Shown: in pieces, positions 56,133 through 64,000 of the stretch
How positions within the stretch are numbered: position 1 is the stretch's first letter
How the letters are laid out: each line of letters begins with the position of its first letter
NCBI GenBank assembly: GCA_043736515.1
Contig: JAYTCK010000013.1
Location: 12,214 to 76,213, forward strand
Length of the DNA stretch: 64,000 bases
Source of the DNA: a bacterium
GTDB taxonomy: Bacteria; Patescibacteriota; Minisyncoccia; Phycocordibacterales; UBA6899
Direction: 5' to 3'
Program-made: the position numbers and the translations under genes
The notes under the pieces: model-generated
What the model saw: the letters and a program-made list of their open reading frames with translations, nothing else
What the model was told of the DNA's origin: nothing
Databases searched by the model: none

Positions 56133-58766
56133 ATGTTTACCTTCTTTAATCAATACAAAACAAAAACAGGCGCGCTGCTTTTTGCTCTCCAACTGCTCAT
56201 CGTTTTTGCCGTTCCTGTTGAGGTGGTGTATGCACAGGGCGCTCATCGCCCTGGAAATACTGTATGCCACGCCAGCCTCGTTGGTAGGGGGTGCTATCCG
56301 ACCATGGCAGCATGCACAGCCGCGGCAGGGGTGTGGACATGTAGAGACTCAATATCAACACAGAGTGGCGGAGAAGGAGTATCAACAGGGATAGACAGAC
56401 TAACTAAAAAGGGTGGGGAAATAGCGCTGAAAGGAACCCTGGCCATTGTCGGCACCGTGCTTGAATTCATTGCCAAATTCGTTGCAAAATTTGCTGGAAT
56501 GTTTATGCGCTCAATGGGCCATATTCTCGACATGGCGATCGATCGCACCATTAACGGCGAGACATACCGCGATTTGGCCGCGGTGCTTGTCGGCTGGACC
56601 GCCGTACGTGATTTTTCAAACATGTTGTTTATTTTTGTGCTGCTTTATATCGCCATTCAAACAATTCTTGGACTTGGGGGGGGCGGCGCGAAGCGTTTGC
56701 TTTCGCATGTCGTTATTGCGGCACTGCTCATCAACTTCAGCCTCTTTTTTACACAGGTCGTCATTGATGCCGGCAACGTACTTGCGATGGGATTTTGGAC
56801 TCAGATGACAACCAAACAGGGGGCGAGAGAGTGGCCGTCTGCTTCAGCTGCTTTTCTTGAGGGTTTTCGTATGCAAACGATCTTTGATACTAATGGGGAT
56901 ATCATGACGGAGACACCAGGCGGTCCGACCAATACTGACCCGATGGACAGAGCGATGATCTATGCGGGCGGTGCGGTCATGATGTTTGTCGCAGGATATG
57001 TCTTCCTTGCGGGTGCGGTCATAATGATCGTGCGTACGGTATGGCTGCTTATCCTTATGATTGGCTCTCCTTTTGCGTTTGTTTCTTTTGCTCTGCCCTC
57101 AAAAGGGGGATTTACAAGCTGGTGGTGGAGTAATCTCGTTAGCCAGGCTTTTGTCGCACCCGCATTTGTGTTCATGCTTTTTATTTGCTCAATCATCATT
57201 AAATCCCTCGACCTCAATATGCTCACCGGGGCCGTCAACGCAAAATTTGCGCCGGCGATTCTCGGGGGGGTAAATAATTACGCGATCTTCTACAACTTTT
57301 TTGTCATCATCATTTTACTGCTTGCATCGCTCACTGTTGCAAACAAAGTAAGCAGCGGCGCAGGAAAGATGGGGGGTGACATGGCAAAGAAATTTATTGG
57401 CAATGGCGCAGCTTATGGCTTTACCGGTATGGCTGCTGTTGGACGACAAACATATGGACGTAGCGCTGCAGCCTCACTCCGTGACAAAGACGGGAAGGAA
57501 ACAGAGTGGGCAAAGAAACAACGCCAACTTGTTACTGCGGGCGGCATGAAAGACGCGACTTTCCTAGATAAGAGCAAAGCACGTCTTGCAAACAGCCGAC
57601 TTTCTCTTGCAGAGAAAGGTGCCAGCGGAACATATGATATCCGCAATGCTCCAATGGGTGGCCTCGGCGTGACTGCAGCACTCGGGAAAGCAGGGGTAAG
57701 TACCGGGGCAGGAAGCAAGAAGAGCTACGAAACACACGGACAAGCACTGGGTAGCGTAACGGGTGGATACCGTGGAACCGCCAACGAGAAAGACCTCATT
57801 GCCACAGCAAAGGCACGATTCCCCGATGACCCTGCAGCACAAAAAGCCTACCTTGAAGGCCGCGGTGTATCACTCAGCGCTGACCGCAATAAAGATCTTA
57901 CTAAAGATCTTGACCGCAAAATTAAGACTGGCGACAAAAAAGAAATACTTAAAACTGAGCCTGACACCCACAATGCTCAGAAAAAGAAGCTTGCAGAGCT
58001 CAGAGCGTCCAATGCAAATGCGACTGAGATTGCAGAGGCGGAAAAATCGCTGGCCAGCACCGCCAAAACAATCGCTGACGCGCTCAAGGAACTTAATGCA
58101 AAAGAAGTTGCTGAACTTTCTCCCACCATACTCAACAAGAAGGTTGTTCAGGAGAATCTCAATGCACAGCAGCTTGGAGCAATCCTCGCTCACGACAAAG
58201 AGAAGGGCTATGATGACCCAACACTTCTTCCTGCAATTGGTGCAGCTGTGCTTGCTTCTCAGAATAATGGAGCGAAGAACTACATGAGGAAAGTTGCGGC
58301 TTCCCAGCCTGGTGCATTTGGTCTCGACTTCAAAAAAGATGTTGTTGATATCAAAAACGAATATGAGAGCCGAAAATCTGCAAACAAACTTGGAGAAATT
58401 CACACTGAGAGCGGTAAAACATACGAAGAACATCTCCGTGAGCAGTCTGCTAAATCGTTAGGATACATGGATCCAAAAGAAATTTCCGATTGGGATGAGG
58501 AGACGATCACGCATGAACTAGTGGCAAAGAGTTTGAATAAGCAACACCTGACTAACCTTGTAGCCAAGCAGAAAATTGAAGCGAGCTTCGACGACGAATT
58601 CTTTACCAAACTCGCTAATGAAATAAGCGCTGGAGGAAATGACGCCGCGAAAAAGTACATTAACACCGCAAAAGGCGACAACCCATTCTCCGGAAAAGGA
58701 GTGCAGGCCCCACCACCCACACCACCCTCAACAATTATCATTCCTCCGGGATCAAGGACAGCATAA
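56133..58766 (+). CDS. VirB6/TrbL-like polytopic membrane protein with a long soluble C-terminus
   Basis: GWTAVRDFSNMLFIFVLLYIAI, LLINFSLFFTQVVID, multiple TM helices. Confidence 0.75.
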   Translation: MFTFFNQYKTKTGALLFALQLLIVFAVPVEVVYAQGAHRPGNTVCHASLVGRGCYPTMAACTAAAGVWTCRDSISTQSGGEGVSTGIDRLTKKGGEIALKGTLAIVGTVLEFIAKFVAKFAGMFMRSMGHILDMAIDRTINGETYRDLAAVLVGWTAVRDFSNMLFIFVLLYIAIQTILGLGGGGAKRLLSHVVIAALLINFSLFFTQVVIDAGNVLAMGFWTQMTTKQGAREWPSASAAFLEGFRMQTIFDTNGDIMTETPGGPTNTDPMDRAMIYAGGAVMMFVAGYVFLAGAVIMIVRTVWLLILMIGSPFAFVSFALPSKGGFTSWWWSNLVSQAFVAPAFVFMLFICSIIIKSLDLNMLTGAVNAKFAPAILGGVNNYAIFYNFFVIIILLLASLTVANKVSSGAGKMGGDMAKKFIGNGAAYGFTGMAAVGRQTYGRSAAASLRDKDGKETEWAKKQRQLVTAGGMKDATFLDKSKARLANSRLSLAEKGASGTYDIRNAPMGGLGVTAALGKAGVSTGAGSKKSYETHGQALGSVTGGYRGTANEKDLIATAKARFPDDPAAQKAYLEGRGVSLSADRNKDLTKDLDRKIKTGDKKEILKTEPDTHNAQKKKLAELRASNANATEIAEAEKSLASTAKTIADALKELNAKEVAELSPTILNKKVVQENLNAQQLGAILAHDKEKGYDDPTLLPAIGAAVLASQNNGAKNYMRKVAASQPGAFGLDFKKDVVDIKNEYESRKSANKLGEIHTESGKTYEEHLREQSAKSLGYMDPKEISDWDEETITHELVAKSLNKQHLTNLVAKQKIEASFDDEFFTKLANEISAGGNDAAKKYINTAKGDNPFSGKGVQAPPPTPPSTIIIPPGSRTA

Positions 58767-58784
58767 GATTGGTATTACGTAATT

Positions 58785-59552
58785 ATGGCAACAGATTTTA
58801 ACAACCTTCCTCAAGCAATAAAAGACTTACTTCTCTCCGAGAAGCTTGTTGATGACGTTGAAGGTATCGCTAAGCATCATGGGCTACGCCCTGAGGAATA
58901 TGGCTTGCTCCTTCGTGCGACTACTCAACTCCTTGAGGGCAACATGCCCGCAACAGAATACATGGCTTCTCTTGTTGGTGAATTAGATCTCTCTCGTGAA
59001 AAAGCTGCGCTTGTGGCTCAGGACATTAATCAGAATATTTTTAACCCTGTCAAAGAAGAGCTGAAGCAAGTTCATGCAGTAAATGGAGCGAAAGATGGGG
59101 TTACACCACCACAACCTCTCCCTAAGGTCGCATCGAGTTCACACCTCTCCTCAAATCCTGTTGCTACAGCAACACCGGCACCTCTTCCCAAGCTTTCCGA
59201 AATTGCAGCCGCCTACACCGGCAAAACGGAAAAGCCAATGCCGCCCCAAAGTCCTCCGTTATCTGCCCCCTCCCAAAGTATTTTTGAGCAGAAAATGGGG
59301 GGGACATTTCGCATGAAAAGCGATACCACAAGTCACGCCGGGAGTGTGCCGCCACAGGGGGCAGCTAACTTCACCACAGGAGTACTTCCAAATTTCAGTA
59401 CTCGAGGACTCGATGAAATTTCTGGTCGCTCCGAGGTACGACCACCCAAAGCTGAGGTCGGACCCCAGTCTGCCCCCACATCGTCTAGTGCTGTTATGCC
59501 GAACCCCGGCACGTCATCCAAGGTTGACCCGTACCGAGAAGCGACAGGCTAA
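58785..59552 (+). CDS. Hypothetical protein with a Pro-rich tail ending DPYRE
   Basis: ORF within the T4SS-like cluster; contains an in-frame family A repeat. Confidence 0.75.
   Translation: MATDFNNLPQAIKDLLLSEKLVDDVEGIAKHHGLRPEEYGLLLRATTQLLEGNMPATEYMASLVGELDLSREKAALVAQDINQNIFNPVKEELKQVHAVNGAKDGVTPPQPLPKVASSSHLSSNPVATATPAPLPKLSEIAAAYTGKTEKPMPPQSPPLSAPSQSIFEQKMGGTFRMKSDTTSHAGSVPPQGAANFTTGVLPNFSTRGLDEISGRSEVRPPKAEVGPQSAPTSSSAVMPNPGTSSKVDPYREATG
59422..59468 (+). repeat. Palindromic repeat family A, intragenic copy
   Basis: ctccgaggtacgaccacccaaagctgaggtcggacccc, read as SEVRPPKAEVGP. Confidence 0.8.
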
Positions 59553-59575
59553 TAAAATGTGCAGAGAGTATCAGT

Positions 59576-59631
59576 TCAGCCAACTCCTTCGAGGTCCGAC
59601 CTTTCAAAGCCAAGGTCGGACCTCAGGCTGA
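59576..59631 (+). repeat. Palindromic repeat family A
   Basis: tcagccaactccttcgaggtccgacctttcaaagccaaggtcggacctcaggctga. Confidence 0.85.
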
Positions 59632-59663
59632 TCAGTCACTGCTAACAACCACTCCCTACTTAT

Positions 59664-60095
59664 ATGCAATTCCAAGTCCCACAATTTCTCGATGTCGAAG
59701 ACAAGGTCATAGGACCGCTCACCATCAAACAATTTCTCTACTTAATAGGAGGGGCGGGGTTTGCATATCTCACGTTTCGTTTTATTCCGTACATTGGACT
59801 CGTGCTCTCCTTAGCATTCGTGGCTCTGGGTGTGTCGCTCGCTTTCTATAAATTCAACAACAAGCCCTTTGTATACATTATTGAAGCGGCATACAATTAT
59901 ATACGAAACGCGCGTCTCTACGTGTGGCACAGAAGAGAGCGCACGACGGAGGTTTCTATGGCACCTGATCTCACAAATTTTATTCCAACAAAAACAGGGG
60001 GCATGGGTATCCCCAAATCAGGAGGGAGCAAATTGAATGAACTGTCATGGAGCATAGATGTGAAGAAGGAGACAAGCGCGAAAGATACTTTGTAA
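59664..60095 (+). CDS. PrgI family (VirB3-like) protein
   Basis: MQFQVPQFLDVEDKVIGPLTIKQF, two TM helices. Confidence 0.85.
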   Translation: MQFQVPQFLDVEDKVIGPLTIKQFLYLIGGAGFAYLTFRFIPYIGLVLSLAFVALGVSLAFYKFNNKPFVYIIEAAYNYIRNARLYVWHRRERTTEVSMAPDLTNFIPTKTGGMGIPKSGGSKLNELSWSIDVKKETSAKDTL

Positions 60096-60111
60096 GACGG
60101 TCAAGGTGATG

Positions 60112-60171
60112 CGGCAGCCAGCTTCTCCGAGGTCCGACCTCCCAAAGCTGAGGTCGGACCTCGGGCTGCCG
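60112..60171 (+). repeat. Palindromic repeat family A
   Basis: cggcagccagcttctccgaggtccgacctcccaaagctgaggtcggacctcgggctgccg. Confidence 0.85.
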
Positions 60172-60255
60172 GAATAAGCACAACATTACAATTATCCCCG
60201 CACATCGTACTTCGTTTTCCTATTCGTATCATTTAATTTGATTTATACTGTAGAT

Positions 60256-60915
60256 ATGGCAATTCCTGGAAGACCAACACAAGAGTTCATACCAATCAAA
60301 GATGTGCGGAATGGTGTGATCGTGCTCAACAACGGCGACCTTCGCATGATGCTTATGACATCATCGCTCAACTTTGGACTCAAATCCTCAGATGAACAAA
60401 CAGCGATCATCATGCAATTTCAGGATGCCCTCAATTCGCTGGAATTTCCCATCCAGATATATATTCAATCAAAGCGACTTGATATCCGTCCGTATCTCAA
60501 GCTTCTTGAAGAGCGCGAAAAAGTGCAGTTAGTCGATGCTATGAAAATTCAAGTCCATGAATACATCGCCTTCATTAGCGACTTCACGAGTCACACGAAC
60601 ATCATGTCAAAAACCTTTTTTATTGTTGTGCCTTATTCATCAGGACCCAAGATAGCAGGAGAGAAAGGAGGAGGAGGCCTGCTGTCGGGAATTTTAGGAG
60701 GTGGCGCCAATGATCCAAAGAAGAAACTCACTCAGGCAGAGCAGCAAAGTTTTGAGGAGGCGCGCGTACAGCTTGAACAGCGCGCTTCGATAGTTGAGCA
60801 AGGTCTTTCACGCTGCGGTATTCGTACGACACGGCTTGGGACAGAGGAGATCGTGGAACTTTTTTATAAGAAATTCAACCCCGGGGAGCTTGAAGCGGGG
60901 ATAGCAACACCCTAA
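60256..60915 (+). CDS. TraC/VirB4 N-terminal-like protein
   Basis: SSLNFGLKSSDEQ..I..FQDALNSLEFPIQI; lies between PrgI and the ATPase. Confidence 0.75.
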   Translation: MAIPGRPTQEFIPIKDVRNGVIVLNNGDLRMMLMTSSLNFGLKSSDEQTAIIMQFQDALNSLEFPIQIYIQSKRLDIRPYLKLLEEREKVQLVDAMKIQVHEYIAFISDFTSHTNIMSKTFFIVVPYSSGPKIAGEKGGGGLLSGILGGGANDPKKKLTQAEQQSFEEARVQLEQRASIVEQGLSRCGIRTTRLGTEEIVELFYKKFNPGELEAGIATP

Positions 60916-60919
60916 TCTT

Positions 60920-62713
60920 ATGGCAGACTACAACCTGATGAATACTGGGGGAGTACTCCCAACCGACCTTTATCAAGCAACAAACCTTGATATGAAGGAT
61001 ATTCTTGCGCCGGCGGCAATTAAGATTACCCCGAATGAAATGTATGTGGGTGGAAAAATGCTCCGCACGTTTTTTGTCATTTCGTATCCACGCTACCTTT
61101 CTCAGGACTGGTTTACTCCTGTCATTAACCTCGACAAGGTCTACGATGTGTCTATCATGATTCATCCCGTTGAGACCGAGCTTGCGCTCCGCACATTTCA
61201 GAAAAAAGTTGCCGAGGTGCAGAGTCAAATCAATGAACGTGAGCGCAAGGGATTTGTGCGCGATCCTATTCTTGATATTGCCTATCAAGATCTTGAGGAC
61301 TTGCGTGACAAACTGCAGCAGGCACAAGAGCGTCTGTTTGATGTGGGTATCTATATCACCGTCTATGCAAATGAGAAAAACGAACTCGACAGAGCGGAAA
61401 GTGAGCTAAAAAGCATTCTTGACTCAAAGCTCGTCTATGTAAAGCCCGCTATCTTCCAGCAAGGAGAGGGGTACCGCAGTGTACTTCCGCTTATGACCGA
61501 CGAGCTTGAGGTGCACTACAAATTGAACTCCGCTCCGCTCTCTTCAATATTTCCTTTTGTATCCTTTGACCTCACCAGCGACAAAGGAATTCTTTGGGGA
61601 CTGAACCGCCACAATGCATCACTCATTCTCTTTGATAGATTTTCGATGCCGAACTACAACTCGGTGACCTTTGCAGTATCCGGCTCAGGAAAATCATATA
61701 CCACGAAGCTTGAGATCTTGCGTACGCTTATGTTTGACGCTGATGTGATCGTTATCGATCCTGAACAGGAGTACCAATTCCTTGCCGAAGCAACTGGTGG
61801 GAGATATTTTAATATTTCACTTACGTCTGAACACCACATCAATCCTTTTGATCTTCCTGTTCCGCGTGATGATGAGTCGCCGGCGGATGTGCTGCGTTCA
61901 AACATCATTTTCTTGGTGGGACTTTTCCGCATTATGTTGGGAGGCCTTACTCCGGAAGAGGACGGTATTATCGATCGAGCTATCTCGGAAACGTATGCAT
62001 TAAAGGACATAACTCCTGAGGCAAACTTCCTCGATATTGAGCCGCCGCTCATTTCAGACTTCGAACTCGTCTTATCGGGCATGGAGGGAACGCAATCGCT
62101 ACTCCTTCGTCTTGAGAAATACACCCGAGGTACGTGGGCTGGATTCTTGAACAAACCCACAAATATCGATATAAGTAAGCGTTTTACGGTATTTTCCGTC
62201 CGCAACATGGAAGATGAGCTCAAGCCCGTTGCTGTCTATATCGTTACGCATCATATTTGGACGGCAATCAGAAAAGAGCTTCGTAAACGCCTCCTTGTTG
62301 TAGACGAGGCCTGGTGGATGATGAAATCCGAAGATACTGCATCATTTCTCTTTAGCCTCGCCAAGCGCGGTCGTAAGTACTATTTGGGCATCTCGACCAT
62401 CACGCAAGACGTGAACGACTTTCTTCGCTCACCCTACGGCCTGCCCATTCTCACCAATTCATCTATTCAGCTTCTGCTTAAGCAGTCGCCCACCTCTATC
62501 GACCTCGTGCAGCAGACATTCCACCTTACGGACGAAGAAAAATTCCTTTTACTTGAATCATCCGTTGGTGAGGGGCTCTTCTTTGCCGGATTGAAGCATG
62601 TGGCCATTAAAGTGCACGCCTCCTATATCGAAGACCAGATCGTGAGCTCTGACCCGGCCCAGCTCCTCTCAATTGCGAAGGCAAAGCAAGACCTGAAAGA
62701 TGCACAAGGTTAA
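60920..62713 (+). CDS. VirB4-like conjugative-type ATPase
   Basis: AVSGSGKS, VIDPEQEY, INPFD, LVVDEAW, KRGRKY, ITQD. Confidence 0.9.
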   Translation: MADYNLMNTGGVLPTDLYQATNLDMKDILAPAAIKITPNEMYVGGKMLRTFFVISYPRYLSQDWFTPVINLDKVYDVSIMIHPVETELALRTFQKKVAEVQSQINERERKGFVRDPILDIAYQDLEDLRDKLQQAQERLFDVGIYITVYANEKNELDRAESELKSILDSKLVYVKPAIFQQGEGYRSVLPLMTDELEVHYKLNSAPLSSIFPFVSFDLTSDKGILWGLNRHNASLILFDRFSMPNYNSVTFAVSGSGKSYTTKLEILRTLMFDADVIVIDPEQEYQFLAEATGGRYFNISLTSEHHINPFDLPVPRDDESPADVLRSNIIFLVGLFRIMLGGLTPEEDGIIDRAISETYALKDITPEANFLDIEPPLISDFELVLSGMEGTQSLLLRLEKYTRGTWAGFLNKPTNIDISKRFTVFSVRNMEDELKPVAVYIVTHHIWTAIRKELRKRLLVVDEAWWMMKSEDTASFLFSLAKRGRKYYLGISTITQDVNDFLRSPYGLPILTNSSIQLLLKQSPTSIDLVQQTFHLTDEEKFLLLESSVGEGLFFAGLKHVAIKVHASYIEDQIVSSDPAQLLSIAKAKQDLKDAQG

Positions 62714-62813
62714 AGCATCCAGGTGGAGGCAAGACAGGGATGTTGTGAGGGTAGAGTATCTCTGTCCACAGAGATGAACCGACGAGATGGTATGAATAGG
62801 CTATAATAAGCAA

Positions 62814-63281
62814 ATGGCTATTTCCACTTTAAACTCTCAGGGTTACCAAGTTACAGAGTCAGCAAAAAAGCCAAGTGAGAAGAATAAGACAAATTTACTC
62901 TTTTTTTTCTTAGTATTAGGATTGGCAATTACAAAAGACCTTATTGATATTATCAGCCATGCGCTTATTGCGGTGGGTATGGGGCTTACTGCAACCATGC
63001 TTGGAGCTGTGGTAGGAATACCGCTTGTGGCCGTGTCATGGGTAGTGACTTTTGTTTTCGGGCTTTTTGTAAACTTCACCATTGCAGCCTACTTCTTTTC
63101 AACGGGACATGGGATAGGCCGCCGCTTGGCGATACAGAGTATTGGATTTATAATGGAGTTAGTGCCTTACGTCAGTTTGCTCCCACTCACGACTATCACT
63201 TTTGTCATCGCACATTTCCTCGGCAAGGTGCCGAATCCCACCAAAGTAATACAGTCTGCTCGAAAGCTTGCTCATATTTGA
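62814..63281 (+). CDS. Hypothetical membrane protein
   Basis: Several TM segments. Confidence 0.7.
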   Translation: MAISTLNSQGYQVTESAKKPSEKNKTNLLFFFLVLGLAITKDLIDIISHALIAVGMGLTATMLGAVVGIPLVAVSWVVTFVFGLFVNFTIAAYFFSTGHGIGRRLAIQSIGFIMELVPYVSLLPLTTITFVIAHFLGKVPNPTKVIQSARKLAHI

Positions 63282-63292
63282 AAATAGTTCCT

Positions 63293-64000
63293 ATGAAATT
63301 ACCACACCACATTCCTTCATTCTTTTTTTCAATATTTATTGCTCTAACTATACTCCTCATGCCTACGGAGGCTTTTGCCGCCGGGGGTGATCTCGTGAGC
63401 GTCAAAACAAACCCCGTTACCCCCGGCCCGAACCAAAGCGTAATGGTAAGCATCGAATCATTTGCGGTAAACATCAACTCAGCGAACATTATTTGGTATG
63501 TGAACAAGGAGCCACGCAAAGAAGGGGTCGGTGAAAAAACATTTACCTTCACCCTTGGTGATTTTGGAAATGTCTCGACAATCGATATCCTGATTCTCAC
63601 CGCTGAAGGATCGCAAATAAAAAGACAAGTAGTTCTTGCACCTGCTGAGATCGATATTCTTTGGGAAGCTCAAACCTATACTCCTCCGTTTTACAAAGGG
63701 AAAGCCCTACCGTCATACAAAAGCTTCCTCAGAGTAAGCGCTATTCCACGATATAACTCTCCTTCAAGCAACCCTAGTGAATATCATTACAAATGGAGAT
63801 ACAATCGCATCGAGAATGTTGGTGAGGGACTCGCAAAAAATAGCGTGGTTATCCCTTCTGGCTACGCGGATGCTGCGGTGCCCGTAATCCTCGATGTGAA
63901 GCTGCCAAGTACTCCATGGAGTGGATCTGCAAGTGCAAACATCAAAGGAGCCGAAGCAAAAGTAGTACTGTATGAAAATGCGCCCCTTTTAGGAATTCAA
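63293..64000 (+). CDS. Secreted Ig-like protein (runs off the window at the 3' end)
   Basis: MKLPHHIPSFFFSIFIALTILLMPTEAFA signal peptide; later DILWEAQTYTPPFYKGKALP in the same frame. Confidence 0.75.
   Translation, partial: MKLPHHIPSFFFSIFIALTILLMPTEAFAAGGDLVSVKTNPVTPGPNQSVMVSIESFAVNINSANIIWYVNKEPRKEGVGEKTFTFTLGDFGNVSTIDILILTAEGSQIKRQVVLAPAEIDILWEAQTYTPPFYKGKALPSYKSFLRVSAIPRYNSPSSNPSEYHYKWRYNRIENVGEGLAKNSVVIPSGYADAAVPVILDVKLPSTPWSGSASANIKGAEAKVVLYENAPLLGIQ

Noticed and set aside
38424-60171. Family A repeats as a CRISPR array
   Set aside because: The copies are dispersed, there are no regular spacers, and no cas genes are present.

Overview
Chromosomal segment that looks like a Patescibacteria (CPR, Parcubacteria-like) genome using the standard code. 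This assignment is inferred from gene content and style. It appears to span the replication origin: a cluster of parS sites and DnaA boxes at ~28.6-29.55 kb, where gene orientation flips from mostly minus to mostly plus. The left arm holds a decayed island next to tRNA-Gly and a type IV pilus operon. That operon is interrupted between pilB and pilC by a complete diversity-generating retroelement (RT, antisense avd, 129-bp TR, target with VR; 15 mismatches, all at TR adenines). A cheW-Y-B-A-C-D chemosensory cluster with no receptor or cheR lies nearby. The right arm holds tRNAs, a CCA-adding enzyme, an internally deleted IS30, housekeeping genes (xth, xer, rpsO, pnp, comM, idi, pcrA, rsmA) and a CPR-type T4SS-like cluster. 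The most unusual signal is a family of structure-conserved non-coding elements tied to three different tRNA genes. Upstream of each intact tRNA is a partial duplicate interrupted by a ~100-nt covarying multi-hairpin insert. Downstream of two of them is a mirrored (antisense) copy of the tRNA 3' end joined to a related conserved core. All alignments and coordinates were read by eye.
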